DNA of 36,694 bases from Deinococcales bacterium (GTDB taxonomy: Bacteria; Deinococcota; Deinococci; Deinococcales; JAAFIG01), in assembly GCA_043778225.1 (NCBI GenBank), contig JAYWGM010000024.1, positions 1 through 36,694 of the forward strand, read 5' to 3'. Both the position numbers and the translations under genes were made by a program. The notes beneath the pieces are model-generated. The model made no database searches. It worked only from the letters and a program-made list of their open reading frames with translations, and was not told the DNA's origin. This document shows positions 1 through 8,426 of the stretch, one piece after another; within the stretch, counting starts at the first letter, position 1, and every line of letters starts with the position of its first letter.

Positions 1-97
1 TCCGCAAAAAACGCGGATTGCTTCGTACCTGTCAAAGACGGTATTTGTTGATACTCCTTTTAGTCGGGAAGTTCTACGAACTTCCTCAATTTGGTAT
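1..97 (-). repeat. Probable small dispersed non-coding repeat (Deinococcota SRE/SNR-like), cut by the window edge
   Basis: Minus strand reads ATACCAAATTG, then a perfect 8-bp hairpin (GGAAGTTC 67-74 / GAACTTCC 78-85), then CCGACTAAAGGAGTA...AAATACCG and a further TCCGC/GCGGA stem. The layout recalls Deinococcus small repeats from memory. Only one copy is in the window. Confidence 0.4.
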
Positions 98-114
98 AAG
101 ACGCGGTTTCAAAG

Positions 115-399
115 TTAGGAAACTGGCAATAAAGCTCGAGCTTCAACAATTGGCATCCAGTTTTCGCCCATTCTGGCATCTATTGCCTCGAGTTCGGCTT
201 GGGGGATGGATTTCCAATGCTGTAGACTTTCCCAGCGAATCATCGTGACAACATGATTGGTTTCTTGGTCTACAAATGTTTCTTTGCTGATAAACCCGGG
301 GTACTGACTGAGTGCGGCAGTCCAAATGCTTGCATCTGCCTCGAGAAAAGCAGCGCGTTTTTCTTGGCTGACTTCAAAGCGTAAAAATTCAATCACCAT
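115..399 (-). CDS. Antibiotic-biosynthesis-monooxygenase-like (ABM/dimeric alpha-beta barrel) protein, TIGR03792-like
   Basis: 94 aa: MVIEFLRFEV...FLEADASIWTAALSQYPGF...IRWESLQHWKSIP. TACACT lies 7 nt before the ATG (leaderless). Confidence 0.75.
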   Translation of the reverse strand: MVIEFLRFEVSQEKRAAFLEADASIWTAALSQYPGFISKETFVDQETNHVVTMIRWESLQHWKSIPQAELEAIDARMGENWMPIVEARALLPVS

Positions 400-467
400 A
401 AGCGTCAGTGTACAATGGTTGCCAAGCCAATAGCCGTGACTCGAGCAACAAATCAGTTGGGCTTTTT

Positions 468-481
468 TTGTGTAATTGTAC
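468..481 (+). promoter_or_regulatory. Candidate operator TTGTGTAATTGTAC, shared with 29164-29178
   Basis: A near-identical motif lies upstream of both NitT/TauT ABC operons. Confidence 0.45.
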
Positions 482-563
482 GACTCTAAAAAGACAATTC
501 TCTTAAAATGTGGTTTTTTGATACATTTGTCTTGCTGTATTTAAGCAAATGTAAGTTTTTAGC

Positions 564-593
564 TTGACAGTTTGCAATCTAACCCGTTATATT
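564..593 (+). promoter_or_regulatory. Sigma70-type promoter of the ABC/catabolic operon
   Basis: TTGACA (564-569), 18-nt spacer, TATATT (588-593). RBS AGGAAGG precedes the ATG at 633. Confidence 0.6.
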
Positions 594-632
594 TCGTCAA
601 ATTTCAGGTTCTTCGCCACCAAAAGGAAGGTC

Positions 633-1448
633 ATGACTGCAATTATCAGCCCCTCGAGTACAAAAACACTGGTTCGGGTGCATGGCGTGGACAAAACACT
701 GGTTCGGGTTCATGGTGTGGATAAACAGTACGCCAATGGCACAATTGCAATAGAAAGTGTCAGTCTCGAGGTTAAAGAAAACGAATTTGTGTCTTTGGTT
801 GGACCGTCGGGCTGTGGTAAAAGCACCTTGTTGCGAATTATCGCAGGGCTTGGCGATGCCACGGCTGGCGAAGTCAGCGTTGATGGGCGGCAACCGGGCG
901 ACTTGCAAGCCCGAGGGCAATCGAGTTTTGTTTTCCAAGAAGCCACACTTTTGCCATGGCGCACAGTACGGCAAAATGTCGAACTGCCGCTCGAGTTAAT
1001 GCGTGTTCCCAAAGCCAATTGGGATAGTGTGGTTTCTGAAGCGCTCGAAATGGTTGGTTTACAGGACTTCAAAACCGCTTTTCCTCGAGAACTCAGTGGT
1101 GGTATGAAGATGCGCGTTTCAATTGCTCGAGCCTTGGTCACGAAACCGCGTTTGCTCTTAATGGATGAACCTTTTGGCGCACTTGACGAAATCACGCGGC
1201 AAAAACTCAACGACGACCTGATGCGTGTCCGCGAACTGACCAAAGCGACGATTATTTTTGTGACCCACAATGTTTTTGAAGCTGTATTTCTCTCGAGCCG
1301 AATTGTGGTGATGAGCGTTCGTCCGGGCAGAATCTTGGATGAATTTGCAATCAATACACCCTATCCACGCAGCAGTGATTACCGAGGTACACCAGAGTTT
1401 GCCCAAGGCGTAAATTCGGTGATGAAACTCTTGGCACACACCCATTAG
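633..1448 (+). CDS. ABC transporter ATP-binding protein, NitT/TauT family
   Basis: Walker A GPSGCGKS, signature LSGGMKMR, Walker B LLLMDEPF, VTH switch. Start moved to the ATG at 633 after the RBS. Confidence 0.95.
   Translation: MTAIISPSSTKTLVRVHGVDKTLVRVHGVDKQYANGTIAIESVSLEVKENEFVSLVGPSGCGKSTLLRIIAGLGDATAGEVSVDGRQPGDLQARGQSSFVFQEATLLPWRTVRQNVELPLELMRVPKANWDSVVSEALEMVGLQDFKTAFPRELSGGMKMRVSIARALVTKPRLLLMDEPFGALDEITRQKLNDDLMRVRELTKATIIFVTHNVFEAVFLSSRIVVMSVRPGRILDEFAINTPYPRSSDYRGTPEFAQGVNSVMKLLAHTH
663..722 (+). repeat. In-frame 30-bp tandem duplication (KTLVRVHGVD x2)
   Basis: aaaacactggttcgggtgcatggcgtggac / aaaacactggttcgggttcatggtgtggat; the three differences are all synonymous. Confidence 0.95.
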
Positions 1449-1482
1449 CCCACTGCAATCTGGCTTCTCGAGGAGATAAACC

Positions 1483-2316
1483 ATGACTGATTCTAAACCG
1501 CTTACCCAAGCTCAACGCCCAGCCCAAATCCCAGCTTGGCTCGAGCGGATTTTCCCACCGGCGGTTTCATTTGTTTTTTTTGTGGCAATTTGGCAGAGCG
1601 TGATTACCATCGCTAATCTCAAACCCTACATTTTGCCCAGTCCACTTCGCGTGGTTGGTGCTTTTATTGAACACCGCGAGAGCTTGCTGACTTCGGCGTG
1701 GTTTACTTTTCAGGCTTCGTTTGTGGCATTTTTGGTGGTCATGGTGCTTGGTACTGCCCTGTCTTTTTTGCTCTCGAGCAGCAAATTTATCGAAAAAGCC
1801 CTGTATCCCTATGCGGTCATGCTGCAAAGTACCCCAGTGATTGCGATTGCGCCAATTATTATTATTTGGTTTGATATTGGATTTGCCAGTATTGTGACCA
1901 TCAGTGTGATTATTGCAATTTTCGCCGTGGTTGCCAACACCACCCAAGGTTTAATCAGTGTCGAAAATAATTTGCAGAATCTCTTCAAACTTTATGGTGC
2001 TTCCAAGCCACAAACCTTATTCAAATTACGCCTCCCGTTTGCCTTGCCGTATATGGTCACAGGCTGGCGAATTGCGGCGGCACAAGTGGTGATTGGTACA
2101 ATCGTTGGTGAGTACATGGCTGGGGCTGGCGGCGGTGGCATGGGCGGACTGGGAATCATTATTGCCGAAACCAGCGCAAGACTACAAACTGGTTATTTAT
2201 TTGCTTCGGCGCTTAGTGCGGCTTTACTTGGCATTGCATTTTTTTTAATGGTCAATTTTTTTGGGCATTTGCTCTTAAAAAACTGGCACGAATCGGCTGT
2301 ACAACATGAAAACTAG
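1483..2316 (+). CDS. ABC transporter permease, NitT/TauT family
   Basis: ILPSP motif, QSTPVIAIAP, EAA-like loop LFKLYGASKPQTLFKLRLP, multiple TM segments, RBS GAGGAG. Confidence 0.93.
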   Translation: MTDSKPLTQAQRPAQIPAWLERIFPPAVSFVFFVAIWQSVITIANLKPYILPSPLRVVGAFIEHRESLLTSAWFTFQASFVAFLVVMVLGTALSFLLSSSKFIEKALYPYAVMLQSTPVIAIAPIIIIWFDIGFASIVTISVIIAIFAVVANTTQGLISVENNLQNLFKLYGASKPQTLFKLRLPFALPYMVTGWRIAAAQVVIGTIVGEYMAGAGGGGMGGLGIIIAETSARLQTGYLFASALSAALLGIAFFLMVNFFGHLLLKNWHESAVQHEN

Positions 2317-2370
2317 GGTGAAAAGGCAAAAAGGAAGAAAAAAACCTTTGACCCTTTGACCTTTTAACCT
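2314..2370. repeat. Imperfect hairpin built from 8-nt units (CYTTKRAC-like)
   Basis: Left arm TAGGGTGAAAAGGCAAAAAGG; right arm cctttgac-cctttgac-cttttaac. A related arm is at 35225-35261. Confidence 0.65.
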
Positions 2371-2388
2371 GATGTTTTGGAGGAAAAT

Positions 2389-3360
2389 ATGAAGAAATTG
2401 GGTTTGGTATTGCTTGGTGCGGGTCTGACAATTGGTGTGGCTTCCTTGGTTTCGGCACAAAAAATGCCCGAAGTCAGCATCATCTTGAATTGGTTTGCTG
2501 AACCACCACATGGCGGCTATTATGCAGCCGTACAGGACGGCTTGTACGAAGCCAAAGGCGTAAAAGTTAAACTGATTCCTGGTGGACCTAATGTGGCGGG
2601 GTATCAGTTGGTAGCGACTGGCAAAGCTGCGTTTGCTCAGATGGACACTGGCGGGATTTTGCAGTCTCGAGAAGAAGGGCTGCCAGTGGTTGGTGTCTTT
2701 GCCGATTTGCAACTTTCGCCACAAGTGCTGATGTACCACAAGGAAAATCCAATTAAAGGCTTTGCTGACCTGGCTGGGCGACAAGTGGCGGTCACACCCG
2801 GCGCACCGTACTGGGATTATATTGTTGCCAAGTACAAACTGGCAGGTAAAGTCCAACAAGTCAATTACTCGGGTCAAGTTGCCACTTTTTTGAACAACAA
2901 AAAACTGGTCAGCCAAGGCTACGCGGTTGCCGAGCCGTACACGATTAAAGAAGCTGGCGGCGATATTGATTACCTCTTGGTCTCCGATTCTGGTTTTAGC
3001 CCTTACGGTGTCTTAGGCACAACCGAAGAATACATCCAGAAAAACCGCAAAACGGTGCAAGCTGTGGTCGAAGCCAGCCAAGAAGGTTGGAATCGCTATG
3101 TCGCCAACCCAGCCAAGTACGGGGCAGCCTTGACTGCCGATAACAAAGACCTCAACCCAGCCTTTCTCGACTGGAGCGGTAAAGCTGTGGTTCCATTTGC
3201 GACTGGCAAAGATGGACAAGTTAAGAAATTTGGTTTTGGCACAATGCAACTCAGCCGTTGGAACGAAGTCTACAAGGCACTTAAAAACGTTGGAATCCTC
3301 AAAAGAGACCAAGATGTGAAAAAAGCCTTTAATACCACATTCATTCCAAAACCAAAGTAA
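2389..3360 (+). CDS. ABC substrate-binding protein, NMT1/THI5-like
   Basis: Signal peptide MKKLG...VSA; LNWFAEPPHGGYYAAVQDGLY and GGP motifs of the NMT1/THI5 family; RBS GGAGG. Confidence 0.9.
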   Translation: MKKLGLVLLGAGLTIGVASLVSAQKMPEVSIILNWFAEPPHGGYYAAVQDGLYEAKGVKVKLIPGGPNVAGYQLVATGKAAFAQMDTGGILQSREEGLPVVGVFADLQLSPQVLMYHKENPIKGFADLAGRQVAVTPGAPYWDYIVAKYKLAGKVQQVNYSGQVATFLNNKKLVSQGYAVAEPYTIKEAGGDIDYLLVSDSGFSPYGVLGTTEEYIQKNRKTVQAVVEASQEGWNRYVANPAKYGAALTADNKDLNPAFLDWSGKAVVPFATGKDGQVKKFGFGTMQLSRWNEVYKALKNVGILKRDQDVKKAFNTTFIPKPK

Positions 3361-3376
3361 ACTCGAGTTTCAAACA

Positions 3377-3408
3377 AACAGGGACGAAAGAATCACTTCG
3401 TCCCTGTT
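3377..3408 (+). terminator. Intra-operon stem-loop after the binding-protein gene (stabiliser or partial terminator)
   Basis: Perfect 12-bp stem AACAGGGACGAA / TTCGTCCCTGTT, 8-nt loop, weak U tract. Confidence 0.7.
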
Positions 3409-3453
3409 ATTATCAGCCATAATAAATCAAAGCAACTAACTCGAGGATACAAC

Positions 3454-3912
3454 GTGGATTTAATTACCTTAAAGCAAGGCATTATTTTATTTTGGGCGGT
3501 TTGGTTATCTTTGGTTTTGCTGCTCAACTTTTTGGATGTTGCAAAAAACCTAAAAATCCTGCCCGAGTCATGGAAATTTAACAGTGGTAACTTTCCATTT
3601 ATGCAGATGGTGGTTAAAGTTTACAGTACCCCTAATCCACTGACTTGGATGATGTACATCTCGGCGATTATCTGGGAAATTGTGGCGGTCTATTTACTTT
3701 GGGCAGCCCTTGGCAGTTTTGACCCGAATAATTTGCGGCTGGTTAATTTGGCATTTATGGTCAATCTGGCACTTTGGGCAGCTTTTGTGGTGATGGATGA
3801 GATTTTCTTGGCATTTTTAGTTCCTGGATTTAATATTATGGAAACCCACCGCAGTTTATTTACCGCCAATTTGGTCAGTTTAATGGCGATTCATTTGTTG
3901 CCAAACACCTAA
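3454..3912 (+). CDS. Hypothetical integral membrane protein (about 4 TM)
   Basis: 152 aa, hydrophobic segments, GTG start after GAGG, co-oriented within the operon. Confidence 0.7.
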   Translation: MDLITLKQGIILFWAVWLSLVLLLNFLDVAKNLKILPESWKFNSGNFPFMQMVVKVYSTPNPLTWMMYISAIIWEIVAVYLLWAALGSFDPNNLRLVNLAFMVNLALWAAFVVMDEIFLAFLVPGFNIMETHRSLFTANLVSLMAIHLLPNT

Positions 3913-3947
3913 ACTCGAGAATATAAAAACAAAAAGGGGATGTTGTG

Positions 3948-4721
3948 ATGGACTCGAGGTATTTACCCAATTTAAGTTGGACAACCATTCGTGACTTGGA
4001 TAAAACCGATGGCGTGGTGGTGTTGCCGATTGGCGCAATCGAGCAGCACGGCGCACATTTGCCAGTTGCTACCGATGCGCTGTTGGCAGAACGAATGACG
4101 ATTCTGGCATTCGAGAAACTGCCTCCCGATGCCAAAGTCTGGCGTTTGCCAGTCCAGAGTTACGGTAAATCCAACGAGCATCTTGGCTATGCTGGCACAA
4201 TTTCGCTCCGCGCCGAAACCCTGATGATGGTGCTGCACGACATTGGCTCGAGTGTGGCAGCTTCGGGCTTTCGGCGCTTGTGTTTTGTCAATGCCCACGG
4301 CGGGAATAGTGCGCTTTTGGCGATGATGGCTCGAGAAATTCGTATTGCAACTGGCTTGATGGTTTTTAATACGTTTACCAATGCAGGAGCGCCCGACCCA
4401 ATCCAAATCCCAGCCGTTGAAGCCAAATATGGCATCCATGCCAACGACTGGGAAACCAGTTTGCTGCTGCATCTCGAGCCAGATTTGGTGGACATGACCA
4501 AAGCCATGCGCCACTACCCAGACATTGCCGATGGGGCAGTTGGCTTGACGGGGGGCGCGGCGGTGGCTTCGTGGCTGACTCGAGATTGGAGCGTCAACGG
4601 CGTTTTTGGCGACCCAACCTTGGCAACCCCAGAACGCGGCGCGGTGCGGCTCGAGGCAGCCACCACTGCGCTGGCTCAGGTTCTTGTTGAAATCAGTTAT
4701 TTTGGAGTGCCACATGAATAA
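3948..4721 (+). CDS. Creatininase-family amidohydrolase (creatininase/ArfB/MftE fold)
   Basis: LPIGAIEQHGAHLPVATD, S-x-EH, NAHGGN, HANDWETS, G-V-F-GDP motifs. Confidence 0.92.
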   Translation: MDSRYLPNLSWTTIRDLDKTDGVVVLPIGAIEQHGAHLPVATDALLAERMTILAFEKLPPDAKVWRLPVQSYGKSNEHLGYAGTISLRAETLMMVLHDIGSSVAASGFRRLCFVNAHGGNSALLAMMAREIRIATGLMVFNTFTNAGAPDPIQIPAVEAKYGIHANDWETSLLLHLEPDLVDMTKAMRHYPDIADGAVGLTGGAAVASWLTRDWSVNGVFGDPTLATPERGAVRLEAATTALAQVLVEISYFGVPHE

Positions 4722-5715
4722 AATTGCCTTTGGAGGCTTCACCGAAAGCCATTGCCATCTGGATAAAACCCTGACCATTAAAGAAGTCGGCAATCCGTCT
4801 GGTACGTTAATGGAAGCGATTTATAAGTGGGTGGCTTATAAACCACAAATCACCAGAGCCGATTATCTGCGTCGTGGCAGCCTTGCCCTAGAGATGGCTT
4901 TAGCATCTGGAACAACCCGCCTCCGAACCCATGTGGATGTGGATGCAAGCGGTTTTTTGGCACTCGAAACAATGCTCGAGTTACGCGAGATGTACAAAGA
5001 CAAAATCCTGATTCAAATTGTGGCACTTGGCAATCCTTCCGAAGAAAGAGATTTGATGCGCCAAGCCATGCAACTGGGCGCAGATGCGGTCGGTGGTTGC
5101 CCCGCCATCCGCGCCGACGGTGCGCTCGAGGTTCGCAAGGCGCTCGAGTTGGCTGCCGAATTTAACAAACCTGTAGACCTGCACATGGATGAAAATGACC
5201 AAACCAATTTTCTCGAGGTCTTAGCCGACATGGTACTCGAGACTGGATTTAGGCTGCCGGTGATGGCGGGACATTGTTGCAGTTTAGACTTTATGCCCGA
5301 ATCTGATGCGGCTCGAGTGATCGAAAAAGTAGCTATGGCAAAAATAAGTATTGTGTCTTTGCCAGCTTGTAACCTCAACCTCCAAGGACGTGGAATTCAC
5401 CCGATGCCACGCGGCATCACTCGAGTGGCGCAATTGCTCGAGGCTGGAGTTAATGTTTGTTTTGGCTCGGATAATGTCCAAGACCCATTTCATCCAGTTG
5501 GCAATTACGATTTGCTGTACGCGGCGCATCTGGGCGCAACTGCCACGCACTTAACCCACCAAGCTGGACTTGAATCAGCCTTCAAGATGATTACGAAGAA
5601 CGCCGATTTTGCACTTGGACTCGAGCCACTGAGCAGCAAAAATGTGATTCTCGAGGCAGAAACAAGCGTAGATGCGGTGCGGGCAATTGCCAAACGCCAA
5701 ATTCTCGAGGGGTGA
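4714..5715 (+). CDS. Cytosine-deaminase-like metal-dependent amidohydrolase (short form)
   Basis: HCHLDK, RTHVDV, DLHMDEN, GHCCSL, GSDNVQDPF. ATG at 4714 follows GGAG and overlaps the upstream gene end. Confidence 0.88.
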   Translation: MNKIAFGGFTESHCHLDKTLTIKEVGNPSGTLMEAIYKWVAYKPQITRADYLRRGSLALEMALASGTTRLRTHVDVDASGFLALETMLELREMYKDKILIQIVALGNPSEERDLMRQAMQLGADAVGGCPAIRADGALEVRKALELAAEFNKPVDLHMDENDQTNFLEVLADMVLETGFRLPVMAGHCCSLDFMPESDAARVIEKVAMAKISIVSLPACNLNLQGRGIHPMPRGITRVAQLLEAGVNVCFGSDNVQDPFHPVGNYDLLYAAHLGATATHLTHQAGLESAFKMITKNADFALGLEPLSSKNVILEAETSVDAVRAIAKRQILEG

Positions 5716-6953
5716 TTGTGGACTTACTTCTAAGAAATGCACGTCTCTCGAGTGGTGAGGTACTGGATATTGCCGTTCAGGATGGTTTTATCGCGCATCT
5801 CGAGCCTGAGTTGGAGGTAACTGCAAAACTCGAGTTGGATGTGATGGGTTGCTTGACCATTCCGACTTTTGTCAATGGGCATCTTCATGCTTGTAAATCA
5901 GATTGGCGCTCTTCTTTGCCTGATACTTTTGATTACTCGAGTATGAACGCTCGGTTTACGGAAATCGCCAAGGTTAAACGTCAGTACACCACCCAAGAAG
6001 TCATGGCTCGAGCCGAGGCAACCATTCGTTTGGCGGTGCGGCACGGTACGGGTGCAATGCGTTTATTTGCCGATGTCGATTCAGATGCAGGTTTGAGGGC
6101 TTTTTCGGCGTTGATGAACTTAAAAAAACAATTCGCTGGATTACTCGAGATTCAAGTCGCGGCATTTCCACAAAATGGTGTTTTTCGTGCCAAAGAAAGT
6201 ACCACCCAATTACTAACCCAAGCCCTCGAGATGGGCGCAGATGTGATTGGTGGGATTCCGTGGCTCGAGCCAAACGAATCTTCGCAAGCGGCGCATATTG
6301 ACCTTGTTTTGGGGTTGGCACAGCAGTATAAAATTCCAGCCCATTTTGTGCTGGACGACACCGACGACCCAACTTCGCGCACGGCTGAAATGGTCGCAAC
6401 CCGAGCGATCGAACTCGGAATGCAGGGTCAAGTTTGTGGCACACAAAGCAACGCACTGGCTTTTTACGATGTGGCTCATACAGCAAGGGTAATTCGGCTG
6501 TTCAAACAAGCCGAGATGACGATTTTTTCCAATGCTCATGTGGCTCTTGTTACCACCCCGCCGCGCCGCCAACCCGCGCCGCGTGGTCATGCCCCGATTC
6601 TCGAGCTTTTATGGGCTGGTGTGCCAGTAGCCACCGCGCAGGACGACATTAACAATCCATACTATCCGTTTGGGCGCAACGATTTGCTCGAGGTCGCGCA
6701 GTACATGGCGCACCTTGCACCACTGGCTTGGGGTGACGAAATCATGGAAGTTCTCGAGATGGTCACCACCACACCCGCCAAAGCCATTGGTCTCGAGCAG
6801 TACGGCTTAAAACTGGGTTGTAAGGCTAATTTGCTAGTGCTTGATGCCCCCAATTGGTTTGAAGCCCTCAAAAATCAATCTGAGAAAAAACTGGTCATCC
6901 TAAACGGTAAAATCGCGTCTCGAGCCGAAAGAAAAATAGAGTTGAATTTCTAA
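5712..6953 (+). CDS. Cytosine-deaminase-like amidohydrolase with altered metal/catalytic residues
   Basis: CodA-like N-terminal beta domain, HLHACK, QVAAFPQNG, DVIGGIPW, QDDINNPYYPFG; GTGA overlap with the upstream stop. Confidence 0.85.
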   Translation: MIVDLLLRNARLSSGEVLDIAVQDGFIAHLEPELEVTAKLELDVMGCLTIPTFVNGHLHACKSDWRSSLPDTFDYSSMNARFTEIAKVKRQYTTQEVMARAEATIRLAVRHGTGAMRLFADVDSDAGLRAFSALMNLKKQFAGLLEIQVAAFPQNGVFRAKESTTQLLTQALEMGADVIGGIPWLEPNESSQAAHIDLVLGLAQQYKIPAHFVLDDTDDPTSRTAEMVATRAIELGMQGQVCGTQSNALAFYDVAHTARVIRLFKQAEMTIFSNAHVALVTTPPRRQPAPRGHAPILELLWAGVPVATAQDDINNPYYPFGRNDLLEVAQYMAHLAPLAWGDEIMEVLEMVTTTPAKAIGLEQYGLKLGCKANLLVLDAPNWFEALKNQSEKKLVILNGKIASRAERKIELNF

Positions 6954-6954
6954 C

Positions 6955-7011
6955 CAGGGCGACTCAGCCCGTCAGGTGAATCTTTTGAGTCAAGACAGCT
7001 TGCCTGCCCTG
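6955..7011. repeat. REP-like hairpin interrupted by a 36-bp element (6961-6996)
   Basis: Removing 6961-6996 restores CAGGGCAG-CTTGC-CTGCCCTG. The insert matches 35173-35208 at 29/36 positions. Confidence 0.75.
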
Positions 7012-7031
7012 CCCAAAATCCCGAGGTCATT

Positions 7032-8426
7032 ATGAATCCTGAAATCCTAACCGCCCTCCAATCCATTGTTGGAGAAAAACAAACCTTTACCGATGCCCGT
7101 TCGCTCGAGATTTTCAGCCTCGACCACTATTGGTATTCGCCCATACTGCTCGAGATGCTAAAAGATAAACGCGCCGATGTGGTGGTCGCACCCGCCAATA
7201 AACTCGAATTGCTCGAGGTCGTGCGTCTGGCGGTCAAACACAGTATCCCTTTAACCATTCGCGGCGCTGGCACCGGAAATTATGGGCAGTGTGTACCGCT
7301 TTCGGGTGGGATTGTGGCAAATATGCACCGCCTGAATACCATTCTCGAGATTAACCCCGAAACAGGTCTGGCTCGAGTTGAAGCGGGGGTGCGAATGGGG
7401 GCGCTCGAGCGTAAGGCGCGTGAAATTGGCTGGGAACTCAAAATCTATCCGAGTACCTGGGCAACCTGTACGATTGGCGGTTTTGTCGGTGGTGGCTTTG
7501 GCGGTGTCGGCAGTATTAACCATGGCACACTTTGGGATAACAATGTTTTGGCAGCCGAAGTCATGACCCTGACCGATAGCCCAGAAATCCTCGAGTTAAA
7601 AGGCTGGGATTGCGCCAGTATTATCCATGCTTACGGCACAACCGCGATTATTACCGAACTGAGTATTCCACTTGCCAAAGCCCAAAACTGGACTGAAGTG
7701 GTTTATAGCTTTCCAACCCTCGAGAATGCAATTACATATGGTCATGCCTTGGCGCTGGACTCGAGTATTCCTAAGCGCGAGCTAGCGGTCAATGAAGCTG
7801 GAATCCCTGAGTATTTTGCGCCGCTGGTGGCAGATGGCGGGGTCAAAGTCGGTCGTGCTAATGTGCTGCTCGAGGTCGAGGCAAGTTTTCTCGAGGCTGC
7901 CACGAGTTTAGCGGCTTCGTTTTCGGGGACGCTCGATTGGCACAATCCACCCGAGAAATACCATAAATCCTCATTTGCAATTTCAGATTTTACCTGGAAT
8001 CACACCACCCTTTGGGCAATGAAAGCCGATGCTGGCATCACTTATTTGCAAGGGCGTTTTATGGCAGAACAGGTTCTCGAGCAGTGCAAATTATTAAAAG
8101 CCAAGTTTGGTAACGAAATCCTGATGCACCTCGAGTTTATCCACGAGAACCTAAGCGCTGGCGGGACGTTGGTCGCAGCTTCGTTGCCACTGATTCGCTA
8201 CTCGAGCTTCGAGCGCTTATACGAGATTATTGATTACTGCGAAGAAATCGGGATTCAAATTGCCAATCCGCACGTTTATTACCTCGACCAAGACCCACGC
8301 TGGAGTGGCGAGGCGGTTCTCGAGGGCGTAAAGAAATTTAATCCGAAATGGCTGCTGAATCCCGGTAAAATTCGGCAACTCGAGACGGGCGAAAAGGGCG
8401 TGAATGCAGGGTCGTGGTTTGCATGA
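7032..8426 (+). CDS. FAD-binding oxidoreductase (FAD_binding_4 / GlcD-like)
   Basis: RGAGTGNYGQCVPLSGG, VEAGV, TIGGFVGGG, C-terminal FNPKWLLNPGK. Confidence 0.9.
   Translation: MNPEILTALQSIVGEKQTFTDARSLEIFSLDHYWYSPILLEMLKDKRADVVVAPANKLELLEVVRLAVKHSIPLTIRGAGTGNYGQCVPLSGGIVANMHRLNTILEINPETGLARVEAGVRMGALERKAREIGWELKIYPSTWATCTIGGFVGGGFGGVGSINHGTLWDNNVLAAEVMTLTDSPEILELKGWDCASIIHAYGTTAIITELSIPLAKAQNWTEVVYSFPTLENAITYGHALALDSSIPKRELAVNEAGIPEYFAPLVADGGVKVGRANVLLEVEASFLEAATSLAASFSGTLDWHNPPEKYHKSSFAISDFTWNHTTLWAMKADAGITYLQGRFMAEQVLEQCKLLKAKFGNEILMHLEFIHENLSAGGTLVAASLPLIRYSSFERLYEIIDYCEEIGIQIANPHVYYLDQDPRWSGEAVLEGVKKFNPKWLLNPGKIRQLETGEKGVNAGSWFA

Noticed and set aside
594..632. Riboswitch ahead of the first ABC operon
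   Set aside because: The leader after the predicted promoter is only ~35 nt, with no recognisable aptamer.
3972..4793. Long antisense or alternate-frame ORFs (also 710-1354, 8338-9096, 9685-10383, 11342-12070, 18485-19240)
   Set aside because: They overlap well-supported genes and show no recognisable motifs or start signals.
6961..6996. 36-bp unit ending in AAGAC as a CRISPR repeat
   Set aside because: Only two isolated copies 28 kb apart, no spacers, no cas genes.
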